64,000 bases of DNA, taken from Perkinsus chesapeaki ATCC PRA-425 (Eukaryota > Protista > Perkinsozoa). The stretch is from the NCBI GenBank assembly GCA_013115145.1, contig JAAPAO010000104.1, positions 12,262 to 76,261 of the forward strand. Direction: 5' to 3'. Below the pieces are notes generated by a model. That model was not told the origin of the DNA and made no database searches. It saw nothing but the letters and a program-made list of their open reading frames with translations. Below are positions 43,301 to 57,184 of the stretch, piece after piece. Every line of letters starts with the position of its first letter. Position 1 is the stretch's first letter. Made by a program: the position numbers and the translations under genes.

Positions 43301-46300
43301 GGGTCGGGCGGAAAAGTATGACACGAATGGCAGCCTTCATGGCGGAGTACTCGCTGGTGACAATTGAGATCACCCGAAGCTACGATTCAGCAGCCTTCAA
43401 GGAGGACCTAAAGGCGATGATGCTGAATGTGGGGGCGGCGGCGGGCATCAGCCAGTAGCAGACGGCTCGGTGGCAGGTTGCGAAGTCCGCGGGAAAAGGT
43501 TTGGTGTTTCTATTTTCCGACACGCAAATTGTCAAGGAGAACTTCCTCGAATACATCAATAACATCCTTAACACGGGAGAGGTCCCGAATCTCTTCGCTC
43601 CAGATGAACTAGAGCAGGTGAGATATGTCAGGGCTCAGGTCGTAGCTCAGCTTCGGGTCAGGTGATAGGACTGGTGAGACCGCTGGCCAAGGCGGCGGGG
43701 AAGCAGGATTCTCGAGATGTTATCTGGAGCCACTTTGTGTACCTGGTCAGAGAGAGCCTTCATATTGTGCTTGCATTTTCGCCTGTTGGGGAAGCATTCC
43801 GAGCACGGTGGGTCGACTAGGGGGTCATGCAGCTTCACTGCAAAGTCTTCTTTGGGGGTAGAAAAGTGTTTCGAGATATGCGATAGGAATTATGGTCCTA
43901 AGGCAAACAGAAGGATAAAGCGCATCCATTCTGGGAGCACCCGATGTTCCTCTACGCCGGCAAGATTAATTACACGGCACTTCAGATGCCGACAATTCCC
44001 TTCCTTAATAAACTGCTGCACGATTGACTGGTTCATGCCTTGGCCAGAGGATGCACTCTACAGTGTGGCCGAGAGGTGGGGCCCTTCTAGGTAGGTAGTA
44101 TGTCAAGTCGTGATTGCAGAAACTACAAGGACGCTGACAAGTCTCTTGGAATCGATAATTTTGTCGGGCCGCTGTCCAGCATGTCTGGGATAATTCACTC
44201 CTCTGTAAGCTGCTGGAAGTGCTTGGGGGTGGAGAGTTTTCGATTATTAGGTGACGTCAATGGCAGAGACATTTTTCACCACTTTAAGGCGGCGGACTTA
44301 TATAACACCTACCAGCTACTTGGAGCTCATCAAACTATTCTTGAGCTTGCTGGAGGAGATACAAGGTTTGCAGGAGATGGAGGGGTGCGCGTGGAGCGTT
44401 GATGATGATCAGGAATATTGTCTACTCGATTGAAGCGCTACACTGTGGGTGTTGAGAAACTCAATGAGACCAATGCCCTAGTTGATAAGCTGAAGCATGA
44501 TTTGACTGAGATGCAGCCTGTGTTGAAGAAGGCTAGCGAGGACACAGCCGTGCTTATGGAGCAGGTGAGGATGTGGCAGGGGAATGAGGAAGTCGCTTTT
44601 CTGGACGATTTGATGCTTGCTTAGAACCATTTAACGTATTATCGAAAGGGTTAAGTTTATTTGGGAGATGCTCGATATCTGTTTCGCATGAGATGTTTTC
44701 ACCATGCATGCTGCGTGATGGGGATTCTCCGAATAGGATCCTGAGTACTGTACGCAGGTTACTCGAGATGAAGCTGATGCTCAAGAGAAGAAGCTTGCCT
44801 GTGCCGAGGACGAGAAGGTACCTCTGCCCCCCCCTCCCAAACCGGATTCACAAACCGTCGATAGGCGGCATCAGCGGCAGCAGCTGAAGCGAACGCCATC
44901 AAGACGGAGTGCCAAGCTGACCTGGATGAGGCAATGCCGGCGTATCATAGCGCTATGAAAAGTTTGGAGTCGTTGGATAAGAAAGATATACAAGAGGTAG
45001 TAGCGTCGGTATCGCTACCGTGGTGCCGAGTAGGCTGTGGCTTAGGCAAAGTCATTCACGAAACCTCCAGCACTGGTAGAGGTAGTGCTTAAAGCTGTGT
45101 GTCTGTTACTTGGTAAGAGCGTCTGGCAGTTGGAGGGAATATCGGATTTGTAGGGAAAAAGGAAACATGGGATGATGCGAAGAAGGTTATGGGAGATATG
45201 GGGTTCCTGCAGTCCTTGAAGACTTACGATAAGGACGCCTTGGCCAGCAACCAGAAACTTACGGCGAAGCTTCAAGTGGGGAGATATCTCAGCAGAGCTG
45301 CTGGAAATGGAGGGACGGTCTTTCCACTTAGACGTACATCAGCCGTGATGACTTCAACGCAGAGAGCGTCTCTCGAGTGTCCAAGGCGGCAACGTCCTTG
45401 TGTATGTGGGTAATAGCGATGAACGTGTATGGAAGGGTGGCTAGAGGGATTGAACCGAAGAAAGCGAAGTTGGCAGAAGCTGAGAAAATGCTAGCAGACG
45501 CGGAGCACCAGTTGGCGACGAAGAAGGCGGCTTTAAAGGAGGTGGAGGATCGGGTTGAAGGACTGCGGGCGAAGCTTAGACAAGCGAAGGTAGATCGGCG
45601 CTTCCACTGGCTTGATAGGCAACGGAGAGAGCTCAGGAAAAAGCCCAGCAGCTGGAGAAGGATATGGAGATAGCCACTATAAAATTGGGGAGGGCGGAGA
45701 AGCTGCTGGCTGGCCTGGGCAATGAGTGAGTTGTAAGTCACGGATTTGGTCATCGAGGTTGCGAAATGCAGGGCGGTGAGATGGAAGGATGCATCGGAGG
45801 AGCTCCAGCAGAATCTTAAGCAAGTAGTCGGTAACGTCATCCTCGGCGGAGGATTCGTAGCGTAAGACGTGGCTTACTAGCCTTGAGAATGCAATGGCTA
45901 CGATCAGATACCTAGGGCCGTTCACTGCTGACTTCCGGGAGAAGCTGGCGGGGAGTTGGATAGAGAAGTGCTCCAAAGACGGTATAGGCCTCGAAGTCGA
46001 TCCTAGCTGGAGCTGCCAGGCTGTCCTCGGGGATCCTGCACAGGTACGCTGCCGGTGAGGGGTGTAAATTTGGACGTCCGAATCAGATACGCGAATGGAA
46101 TATTCAAGGACTGCCGAATGACAAACTGTCGGTTGAAAATGGAATTATAGTGTCTCGTGGAAGACGGTGATCGAATTGATGTTACCATTGTGTCTGGTCG
46201 GAGTGGTGATTCAGGTGGCCACTGATGATCGACCCACAGGGACAAGCTAATAAGTGGATTAGGAACTTTGGGAAAACTAAAGATATTCAAGGTTGATCTG

Positions 46301-49300
46301 GCGTATTTCGGGTTTGCAATCGTACGAGTAGTTATCAAACTAACCGATGCTACTTACCTCCGTACGCTTGAGAACGGCATTCGATATGGAAATGCTGTCC
46401 TACTTGAGAATGTCGAGGAAGTCTTGGATCCCGCGCTGGAGCCTGTGCTGTCGAAACAGGTGGGCTTTGAAGCAGTGGAAATTGTGGGCATGCGTCCTTG
46501 ATAGGTGTTCAAGAAAGGCGGACAAAGTCTGATCCGTTTGGGAACTGAGGACGTGCCCTACTCCAACGACTTTGCCTTCTTCATCACGTCCAAGATGCCG
46601 AATCCGCATTATCTCCCGGAGATCTGCATTAAGGTGGAAATCGAACTATCCCAGCCAGGCCAACTTCCCCTGCAGGTTACCGTTATCAACTTTACCGTTA
46701 CACCCTCGGGACTGGAGTCCCAGCTAGTTTCAGAAGTCGTAGCTCATGAAAGGCCCGACTTAGAGCAGCAGAGGTAGGTAGAGTACTGTGTATCGCAGCT
46801 TGTAGTGGTCTGCCTTGTAGAGGAGAACTAGTGGTACAAATTGCGGCCGATAAGAACGAGCTCAATCGTATCGAGCAGTTGATCCTAAAGCTTCTGGCTG
46901 AGAATGAGGTAAGCGAAGAAGAGCGTCGTTCGCAGGTGCGTATTTTTGGGTCAGGGAGATATATTGGCGGATGACACACTCATTAGAACGCTCGACCAAT
47001 CTAAGGAAACAACGGACGCCGTGAACGAGCGAATGAGCAATGCGGAGAAGACTATGCTTGAGATAGAGAAGGCACGAGTGGACTACACTCCAGTGGGGAG
47101 CAGAGGAAGCATCTTGTTAGCAATACCATCTCTTAGGACATCGTAGCACTGATAAGTGTCAGGTATTTTGTCGTGGCCGATATGTCAACTATAGATCCCA
47201 TGTACCAGTATTCGCTGGAGTTCTTTGTGAACCTCTTCAAAGCAAGACTTGCAAAGTCAGAGAAGTCAGATGATATCCAGGCGAGAGTTTCTCTGATCAT
47301 TGAAGATTTGACCATCTCTACGTAAGGCGGCACCGTCTTGGGCAGCGGGAGTGTCCCTATTAGGTATAATAATATTTGCAGAGGCTTGTTTGAGGACCAT
47401 AAGCTGTTGTACTCCGCGCTGAATACGATACAAATCCTTCGGCATAAGAAACAGGCAGGGGGCTAGTATGGACAAAGCGACTAGGATTGGTCAGCTTTAG
47501 ATTCCGCCACAAACCTGGCAGTTCTTCCAGATTGGTCTCGAGGCTCTTAGTGGCCTCGGAGATCTGGACTCGGTGAGGCCGCTGGGAACAAGCTCATTCG
47601 TCTGTTGTTTTGTGTTCAGGCCCTTACTGCCAATCCCTGCCCAGCGTGGTGCACGGCCGCCTCGTGGAGCAAGGTTGTCGCTTTAGTTTGCCTCGCAGAG
47701 CTCGCCGGGGCTCGAGATCTCGACGGCATTCTCCAACACATGAAGGAAACTCCCTCTGAATGGGAGAAGGTGTGTTATTATTGTTCATGGTAGCTACATC
47801 TGCTCGTATGCATGTAGTTCAATTCATCGGACCAAATGTATGACGCACCTTTGCCGGGTGAACTAGAAGGCAAAGTTAGTAGCTTCCACAGGCTTTGTAT
47901 CATCAAGGTTAGTTGCCACCTCCTGGGCCTATAGCTGATTATCTAATTTTAGTCCCTGCGAGAGGATCTTTTGGTGCCAGCTACGCGAGTCTTTGTGGCC
48001 AAGAATATTGGGGAAGCCTTCGTTGTATCTCAAGCGTTGGATCTTAAGAGCTGCTTTGATGACTCCAACAGCTCTACACCGATTATTTTCGTCCTAAGCC
48101 CCGGTGCGGATCCCACCGAGTAGGGTGTGCCTCCATAATACAATTCGATTCGGAGGCTCTCCTCAGCAACGTCATCAAGTTGGCCGCTTCCCTCGGCTAC
48201 ACGGACCGTCTGCATATGTTGTCACTCGGCCAAGGACAAGGGCCAAAAGCTGAGGCTCTGATCGATCGAGCTAGAGAGAAGGGTAATGTGATACTCATTG
48301 CCTGTCTCAGTGAACTGGTTTATTTAAGGCGACTGGGTTATGCTGCAAAACTGCCATCTAGCTGCTTCTTGGATGACGTCTCTGGAGCAAATACAGGTTG
48401 ATAATGTGAAGCTGGAGAGGGCTAATTGCAGTGTTAGGCTCAATTGGACCTGAATACGGTCAGCCGTTCATACCGTCTCTGGTTGACTTCGATGCCAAGC
48501 AAAGCATTCCCCGTCCCAGTGCTGCAGGCTGGCATAAAAATAACAAATGAACCTCCAAAGGGTCTCAAGGCAAACCTGACAAGAAGCTTCCAGAACATCA
48601 CAGAGGAGCTGTTCGAGGGAAACACCAAACCGAGAGCCTTCAAGAAGCTTCTGTTCTCGCTGGCCTTTTTCCATGCTGTTATTTTGGAACGTCGAAAATT
48701 TGGACCTATTGGTTGGAATATCCCATACGAGTGGATGGATTCGGACTTCCAAGTAGCGCCGTTGAGGGATGCGACATTTTTTCGATCTCTAACTATTGCA
48801 GGTCTCTACGGAACAACTGGACATGTATCTGAACGGTCAGCCAGGAGTGCCTTTGAAGACTCTCAGCTATCTTGTCGCTGAGGTTAACTATGGTAAACAA
48901 GCCTCTATCGTTTTCAGCTTGAAGGTTTTGATGTAGGTGGTAGAGTAACTGACGATAAGGATGTCCGTTTGATAACAGCGATACTCGCCAGCTTCTTCCG
49001 TACCGAAACAGTAGAGGAGAGCAAGTAAATTATTGTCACTCGAGTACCTGCCACTCAATCCTTACCTTCTCAGTTCTTAGTACCAGCTCAGTTGTTGATT
49101 GTCAGTTATCGTTTCTCGGCGGCGGAGATGTATTATGCCCCCGATGCTTCAGACTTAACTGATCTCAGAAAGTATATTGGAGGGCTTCCTCAAGATGAAG
49201 ACCCTATTGTAAGGAGTGCATGAGCTTGCCAGCTGTTTGACATTCGTGTAACAGGTCTTCGGGTTACACTCCAACGCCCTCATTACAGCGCAAATCAGCC

Positions 49301-50504
49301 AGGCGAGGAAGTTGCTGGACGCCATAGTGTCCGTTCAACCACAGCTTAGTGCGAGTGATGGAGGCTTAACACCAGAGGATATCGTCTCTAATATGGTCCA
49401 TTCGTATCTTGATCTTTAATCGTTATAGTATCTGACAGGTGACGGAGTTCGCGGAGCGCATGCCGGAGGAGATCTCAAAGGCTGGTGGTCATGAGCTGAG
49501 TTTCGCCAAGGAGGAGTCCGGCAGGACAATTTCACTTGGTGTCTTTCTAGAACAAGAGATTGACAGGCAACGGGGGGCTTCACCAATGGAATACGTTCTT
49601 GAACATCAGATTCAATTTACTTGTTCGAACTGTGAGAACGAGCCTGGCGGCCTTGGAAAAGGCAATCAAAGGACTTATAGTCATGTCCTCGGACTTGGAA
49701 GAAATGTCCGCTATACCATTTGATCCTCTCTCGACTCTCTTACAGGTTCAAAAGCTTCCTTATACAGCGAGTTCCGGGGAAGTGGGCATCTGTTGCCTAT
49801 CCTTGTCTGAAGCCTCTGAACTCCTGGGTGGGCGACTTCATTCAAAGAGTGGAGTTTATGAAGAATTGGACCTATGGAGGGCCGCCGGCCAGCTTCTGGC
49901 TGCCCGCATTCTTTTTCCCTCAGGGGTTCATGACAGCCGGCATGCAAGTAGATATCTCCATTGCTTCTGAATTGCTTAGCTGATTTTGTCAGATGCATGC
50001 ACGAGCCCACAAGATTCCGATCGACTCTTTGATGTTCGAGACCGTTGTTCTCACACATTCAACACCCGAAGGGCTGCCTGCACACCCGGAAAATGGTGTA
50101 AATATTCACGGTCTATTTCTCCAGGTAACCCCATGTATTTAAGTAACTACGAGTGTGTTTATCTCATAGGGAGCTGGATGGAATCTCGGTGAAGGGTGTC
50201 TTCAAGAATCGGCGCCTACAGTTCTTTTTGTGTCGCTGCCGGTTATATGGCTCCGTCCTATATTAAGCGGAGAAGCAGTGGAATCAAGCGAGAAGTATCT
50301 ATGTCCTCTATACAAGACATCAGTCCGCGCGGGGACTCTATCCACCACAGGACACTCTACCAATTTCATCATGTGAACCCACTGCGGACCGCTCCTTTCA
50401 CACTGAGTTCTTTTGGTAGGTATTTGAGTATTAATGGAAGCAAAGAATCACCGGCACATTGGGTTCGCCGAGGAGTGGCTATTCTGTGCATGTTGGATGA
50501 TTAG
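31375..50504 (+). CDS. DNAH6: Axonemal inner-arm dynein heavy chain, DNAH6-like (many exons)
   Basis: P-loops GPAGTGKT (~38335/38578, intron-split), GVTATGKS (~40096), GETGVGKS (~41603), GVSGVGRKS (~43288); [25 protein letters not shown]; [17 protein letters not shown]; [10 protein letters not shown]; C-terminal [15 protein letters not shown]. Subfamily assigned by recalled similarity, not by a search. Confidence 0.9.
37029..37112. repeat. Intronic minisatellite, 25-bp unit x3.3
   Basis: CGGGTTTTCT(A/T)CTTATCCGGGTTTT repeated at 37029, 37054 and 37079, plus a partial unit, inside a dynein intron. Confidence 0.92.
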
Positions 50505-50908
50505 TGTCTCAATATATTTCATATTTGTGTCGATTTATATGGTTTCGTAGTGGCCAGAAAAGAGCCTCATAAATGACAAGGAACACGAAGCAGCAGCACG
50601 GGCAGAATATTAACGGACAAGAAACGCAACTGATTTCGCTAAGGGAACAACAACAGCACAGCAGCATGACATGGAATAACGATAAAAATGACATCTTCTT
50701 TCTTCTTTAATATATGAACCACAGCAATTTCTTTTTTATCTTTTATGTAATTATTAAAATAACATCTTTTTTAATTCTCAGAATATAAGCTTACTTCATA
50801 ATAATACGATGAACATTTGATAAACAATGCAACTGGTCAACAGCATACACCACACGCTGAGCAAGAGACTTCATCAGCTCATGATCCACGATATATATCT
50901 ATTCGGCA

Positions 50909-52384
50909 TTATTCCCCTCCTGGGCTATGTCGTCGGAAATCAATCTTAACGACATGCTCAGCATCAGGAGACAGTCCGCCGAAGTAAACAGCTAGTTTGT
51001 TATCTCCATCTGGACAAATATAAAATCCTTTCTCTGGTCGGAACTCATCATCTGGGGTAGTCAAGTCAGTGACACTCTCCATTATGCGGGTTAAGAATAA
51101 AGCATTCGGTTCATCCGGCAAATGCACTGCTGAACAACCGTCCCACTTTTCTTCTTTTTTAATGATACTCAGACCGAGGGAGAACGTTTCTCCATTTAAG
51201 AAGTCAAAGAGTAAGTCCGAGCTATCTGGAGAAAGTATGACCGCCATCGAGCTTGTACCATCCGATTTCTGAGCGACGTATCTCCCTTCTTTCATGATAT
51301 TCCCAGGCGATAATTTCACCTGCTTAACAGGAGTAGATGGTTGTAGAACGTCATCGTGTGGAATTGGACGCTTCCTCCTCATCTGTGGCACATCAGCTCC
51401 CAGTACCGGACCTCCTCCTAAAGTGAATTTGACGGATTTCATTTTTTCCGTGCCCCACTTTTCACTGTTCAGCACTAGAATCACGGAGTTTTCACCATCT
51501 GGGCAAACGGATAAATATTGTTCGGTGGTATGAAGCCCAGCCAAGTTGCCCAGATTGGCCAGAACGGGATCGAGCTGGCGAATGATGGCTGTACAGTAGC
51601 AGCCGGCAGCTGCACGCTCTCTCCTCAAGAACGGTTGGGTGATGGTGTTTTGTTCTCTACGGAGAATCATGAAGGGGGTCGACTCCGACTTGCTTGATTC
51701 AGGATCTGCATGATCTATACGAAATGCGTATGCAACCTGATGGGAGCCTTCAGGCGGCCCAGTGATGGTCATTGTAAAATCCTTTAGCCCAATAAGTTCA
51801 CTATTGCACTTGTAACTTCCGAGGGTCAACTCTTGCCTACGAATAGGGATTGCAGCTTCCTCTGGGCCTGGTTGTCTAACCATGATAGTGTGTTGGTCGG
51901 CACGTCTATAATCTGTCAAGAACTGCCATGAGTCTCCCTCCATTGGACAGAAAGCTACATGCGTGAGATCGATGGGATAGGAACTATATAATTTACTGTG
52001 AGTCAGACCCTTCCTGTCAGGCGTTTTGAGCATTTCCAACTTAAGACAGTTGCCATTAGCTGTCTGATAGGCACCCCTCTCCCTAAATCCAATCAAGGGT
52101 ATCTCCTCGGTACTGACAACTTCACCGTCGCCCTTCTTAAATTTAAACTGAGCTCGTTCCAAGTATTCATATCCATCTTTTCTATCACAAATGATGGTCA
52201 AATCGGACACATGACTCCATGCAATCGGTTGGCTTTCTAAAGTGTATTCTCCCGGTTTCATCAGCTTCCATTTACTATGAAACTTCTTAGATTTACCACC
52301 CATCGACGCGTGAAGTAGAATGATTGTTGAGGACCAGCCGAGAAGCACATTAATGCCGTTCATCACAGCGACGCAAATATTCAC
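50909..52384 (-). CDS. Intronless 491-aa hypothetical protein with internal repeats, possible signal peptide
   Basis: Long open frame with a hydrophobic N-terminus (VLLGWSSTIILLHA). Recurrent GxY starts (PGEY, LGSY, AGCY, EGRY) and CPDGxN motifs (VCPDGEN, ICPDGDN). No recognised family. Confidence 0.75.
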   Translation of the reverse strand: MNICVAVMNGINVLLGWSSTIILLHASMGGKSKKFHSKWKLMKPGEYTLESQPIAWSHVSDLTIICDRKDGYEYLERAQFKFKKGDGEVVSTEEIPLIGFRERGAYQTANGNCLKLEMLKTPDRKGLTHSKLYSSYPIDLTHVAFCPMEGDSWQFLTDYRRADQHTIMVRQPGPEEAAIPIRRQELTLGSYKCNSELIGLKDFTMTITGPPEGSHQVAYAFRIDHADPESSKSESTPFMILRREQNTITQPFLRRERAAAGCYCTAIIRQLDPVLANLGNLAGLHTTEQYLSVCPDGENSVILVLNSEKWGTEKMKSVKFTLGGGPVLGADVPQMRRKRPIPHDDVLQPSTPVKQVKLSPGNIMKEGRYVAQKSDGTSSMAVILSPDSSDLLFDFLNGETFSLGLSIIKKEEKWDGCSAVHLPDEPNALFLTRIMESVTDLTTPDDEFRPEKGFYICPDGDNKLAVYFGGLSPDAEHVVKIDFRRHSPGGE

Positions 52385-53536
52385 AACTAATCAGCAACAT
52401 TTCCGCGTCATTTTTTCTCAGGAGTTTGCCGAACTTCTGTGGATCCGCCTCTCACTCGCCTATCGCGAAGAGGCCTCTACAGTCCTCCAAATAAACTTCG
52501 AATATTCCGAAATATTATCATAACTCTACAACGGAGTCGAGTTTAAGGCCCATTTACGGATATGTTACCCATGTTATGCTTGAGACTCATGTCCCAAAAT
52601 CTTGTAACCGTTTTCTTCTCATCTGTGAATACGAAATTACGGTCTCATCTGTGAATACGGTCTAGGCCAACCATCTACGTATGAGGGCCCCAGCACGGCC
52701 CTCTATCTGATGACCAGGATGCCGGATTTCAACGTTTAAAAGTTCCCTTCAGTCCTATTGGAGAAAGGCAACTTCAATGTGGACGGGCGAGTGAATTTTA
52801 AGTTACTATTTTCCAATTAGGCGTTGTAAAAGTGTTCCTACCCTACCGGGTTTCACTTTCATGGTTACCAACTTTTCGCCCAGAATTCCCGTTTCTCTCA
52901 CACTTCGCGCTGTTAAGTGAAGTTGGGCAAAACCTATCTCAAAGTTCTTCATGAGTATCACGAGGAATACTAGCAATTTCAGACTTGATTATCAATTCTA
53001 ACTCGGGAAGAATATATCAGATCTCCTTTGACGAGAGACTCTCGAAACTGAGCTCCCTGAACCCAAAATCCGAACGCACGACGACCCCCTGGCCAAGATT
53101 TACCGAATGTGGCGGTGTGTGAACACCGCTTTGACCAGGTGTTAAGAACCCATTTAATCAACTGTTCATCATCATCATGAACCCAGTATTATGAAGCCTT
53201 AGAGCTGGCGGGACTGTTGACTCTGAAAGCTAGGTAGACTTGAAAGATCCATGTCGTATTCCTAATGCTCCATCGAAACGGATTGAAATTGAATTAATAT
53301 TAATTTGTTTCTCGTGAGTAGCGTACCGTACACAATACTCATCCCAGTCGCCAGCGTGTTGTCACGGGCATTTCCCAGCTTTGGTCAGCCTATTCTACGT
53401 GACGTATCTTGCGCTGTTACCACCCTTCCTTTGCTGCTCCACATACTGATGACATTTGTGACATGATAGAGTTGTTAAGTTGTTAGTAGTCAAAGGGCTT
53501 TATGAGCGGGTTTAATAGGGAATCATTCTAAGAGGC

Positions 53537-56500
53537 ATGACCCAAGTCAAGCTGCTCCCTTCTGATGGTCATCGTCCAAGGAAAAGTGATACTTCGGACA
53601 TCAACAGTAACAGCGGCAATATTAAACTGCTGCCAGCTGGGACCAGTGGCAACCGGAATGCATCCAAGGAGAGGAGAAAACAACATAGTCCACGGAATGA
53701 AATGGAATCGAGGGTGATAACCGGAATTAGGGAATCTGTAACAGGGTAGCGAATCGACCTTGTCAGAATCTTTCCCTTCCAGTTGAGGGCAACATGAGGT
53801 CTGGTCGAAGCTTCTATGTAGCTCGTTACTTGTCGCTTCATTAATCCTCATTACCTCTTCGTTGTAGGATAACGCTGGGGAGCCACGCTCAACGGCCGGT
53901 GGAAGGTCGAAGCGATCCTCGGGCTCAAAACCGCCAAGCTCCCGAGTAATGCATCTAGTGTCTTGTGTACAGAGGGTGTTTTTACTGTTTTTCTATCAGA
54001 AACGGGATCGTCCACGAAGTGCCTCACCTAGGGGAAATGCTGTTGACGATGCTCACAGTGTGAGTTTGAGGCCGGCCGCTGCTGCTGCGGCTGGTGGGGG
54101 AGGTAGGAGGGAATAAATAGGCACTTGAAAGGTGGCTATTGATCAGGTGCTAATACTGTTAACCGAGGGAGTAAACGGCAAGGTGTGCATTTACATAGCC
54201 ATCATTCGAGACGGAAAACTTCAGTGAGGTTATAGTGCTAGGTGTGATGTTTAGCTTTATTTTTAGGAAGGCAGTAGGCGATCATCATGGTATGGTGGTG
54301 ATGAGGAGGGGCAAAGGTAGTAGTGGTTGGGAGGCTGGTTATTAGTGCTGGAATACTTGCATTGTTGGCGGCGAACGAAGGTTGGAGAGATTAGAATCTT
54401 CCACGTGACGGGGTGCGTGGCGAAATCTGATTCGGACTCGTATTTCCGTGTAATACATCATCCGGTGATAAAATGTTAATGCTAAGAGGAGGCCTATAGA
54501 TATATGAGCGCTGTATATTATACAACTGTTTTCAGAGGGTACTCGGAATCGTCCGAGGAATATGTCCGTGTGATGGGCCGAGCAAGTAACGGAGCAGCAA
54601 CTGGTAAATATACACAATGTCGCTGCCTCTGTGGACTTGTATCCTACTCTAGCTTATCCAAAATCAATACTTTTATCAATACGCAACGGCGATGAGCTTC
54701 TGGCGGAGGTTGAAGCTAATTTGAGCAAGTGAGGGTAGTACCGAAGGAATCTTTTCGACTGTGATTTGCCAGGATGGACTTCACTGTGGTCACCACAGCT
54801 TTGGCGCAGGCTGTCCGTCTAGGCTGCAACGGCGAGGTAGGTCACCGAGCAGGATGCTGAATCCAAATTAACTGTAGGACCCGCGAATATCCGCTTTAAA
54901 GGACCGAAGCTGTGAGCTGTTAAGGCGTCGACAGCAGCCTCGGAGAGCTGACGAGGTAGTACTGTTCGGCATGCCGGGGACCGTGGTGATGTGGTTGCAG
55001 ATAATATCCTCATTACATTGCATATTGGAGCTGTCGTCCAGTCCTGCACACTGTGGAGAAGTCATACGATGTTTCTCACTGGGGTGGTTTAATGTAAATC
55101 TGAACAGATCCTATCAGCGTCGACTGCAGCGGTGTCGTCTAGGCTTCGCGAGTGTACAGGTGACGACTTGTCAAATTTGTGCCGGTGAGGTTATTGCTAA
55201 TCCCATAGCTCATCGTCGTTGGTGCTCAGTTGCATATGCAAGGCCGAATATCTTTGTCCGACCCTGCTCACCAGTATCACAGGTTCTTATTCTCGTTAGT
55301 GAGTATCATACCATCTTTTCCCCTCAGAAGAGTGCATGGCGCGAGCGTCAGAACTGGAGCCAGCGGACATCTCTACCATAGCATGGGGTCTGGCGAAAAT
55401 GGGTTTCGGGTCTGATGTGAGCTCTGATCAGAACACGTGCTGCAGTGATCCTTGACCAAGGTACTGTTCCAACGCTTGGCTAGAGTTATAGAGGTCACGA
55501 CTCATCTGTTTTCGGGTAAGCAATGTTCATAATTCCTGACGCCCCAGTATAGAGCAAACTATCATTTCTGAACGGCTCCAACATTATCGATAAAACTGTT
55601 AGCCTACCTCGGCCCGAACCCCACGAATTCCGGAGAAATATCAGCAGTGCATGCATTACTGTTGTAAGGGAAAATAGTTCCCTAAAGAAATTATGTACTC
55701 TCCATGGAGATATTATCCCGCACTAAAATCTAACAGGACCCCCATAAAGCGGCTGCTGCTGCTTGCAAATAGCAGCATTCGTCCATGTTGATCTACAGCC
55801 CACACTGCCTGTAGAAGGCGTACGAACAGCAGCAACAGTTCCCTTCTTCTTTCTTCTATGTTTATCTTTGTTCCTATTGCCAGTTCATAATAGGTGCATA
55901 CTTGTCCAACTTAATGTGGGCATTCGCATCGGTGGGGTATCGTAGTGAAACGATGCTAGTAGCAGTGGCTCAGCGATGTAAGATTATCCGTTAGAGCCCT
56001 GCCTGAATTTAAAGTGTAGGTGAAGAGCTGATGGGTGCAGTGCTGGAGTCTGGGGAGGATGAGGACGTTGATCGTATGGCCCTCCACCCTATGGAGATGT
56101 CCACTCTGGTTTGGTAACGTGCATGATATTTGCTGAGTGTTGTGGCATCATCATCATCAGGGCGCTGTCTCGGCTGCATGCCCCGTCCGCGGAGCAATTC
56201 TATCTGATGGTGTGCGAGTACACCACAGCGAATGTAGGATGTCAGAACAGAATTGCTACGTCCAACTTGTGGCCAGATTGAACTCTTTAAAGCATCAGAG
56301 CTTTGCACTCTAGTCACCGGCATATCTCGGGTGTCTTGGAAGGGCCAAGGCGACCGCACATCACCATCGAATGACGCTAACGTCGTGGTAACTCAAATTC
56401 GTGGTGGCGCGGCCAAATGCTGCAAGAACCTCTTTCAGAATCCTGGCCAACTGCCTCAACCTTGTCGGTTAATGTTCCAGAAATGTGCTGGTGAGATAAA

Positions 56501-57054
56501 TGCGGGCGGTAGGCAAGTGAATGGTAATGTCAGAGTACGTATCGTCTGCGCCGTTATCGCCGGATGATACCACAAGAAAGAAGAGCTCAACGGCTGCTGT
56601 GAGTTTCAGCGACAAGCAGGTTCGCATTTTCGTGACTGCTCTGGCTAAAGTGAGGGCTAGAGTGCCGCCATCCATGGTTGAAGTCTTATTTCCATTTCCG
56701 CAGGTAGGGTTGTCTCACACAAGACTGTTTGATTGTGCTCAACAACGGAGTGATCGACGCATGGCTAGACCGGAGCAACAGGTCAGGAAAAAGGTGTCAC
56801 TTCTGGTAGACTGCTGCTGACGCTGCCTATTCCATTTGGAGGCGTGGGAGATAGAGTACCTCATTTTTTAGACAGCAGCCACGCCCCAACGAGTCTCTCT
56901 GGTAAGGTCGGTTGATGAGGATAAGCCGTCTAAGGCTCTTCCTGTTGCTCGGTATCCCGTGGAGGGCCGCCACCGCCGATCTACATCCAGAGTAAGGCCT
57001 AGCGGTTCAAGTTGGACATGGAAGCCTTGGTGTTTAGGGGCGTATGAGAGCTAG
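53537..57054 (+). CDS. Multi-exon HPR/OPR (hepta-/octotricopeptide)-like repeat protein; boundaries tentative
   Basis: Exon pieces ELEPADISTIAWGLAKMGF (55351-55407), LHPMEMSTLVW/ALSRL (~56083-56175, split by an intron) and FKASELCTLVTGISRV (~56285) fit the PxELSxxxWALAxL helical-repeat consensus. The complete exon chain was not resolved. Confidence 0.6.
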
Positions 57055-57184
57055 CATGCCGATTGATGAAGAGGAAGAGGAGTACTGATGTAGAACCACC
57101 ACCATTGCCTAGTGTAGCTTCTGTAGTGTTATCAGTGTTCTCGTTTGTTAATGCATGGAGGAGTGAATCTGAAGTTGCGGTAGA

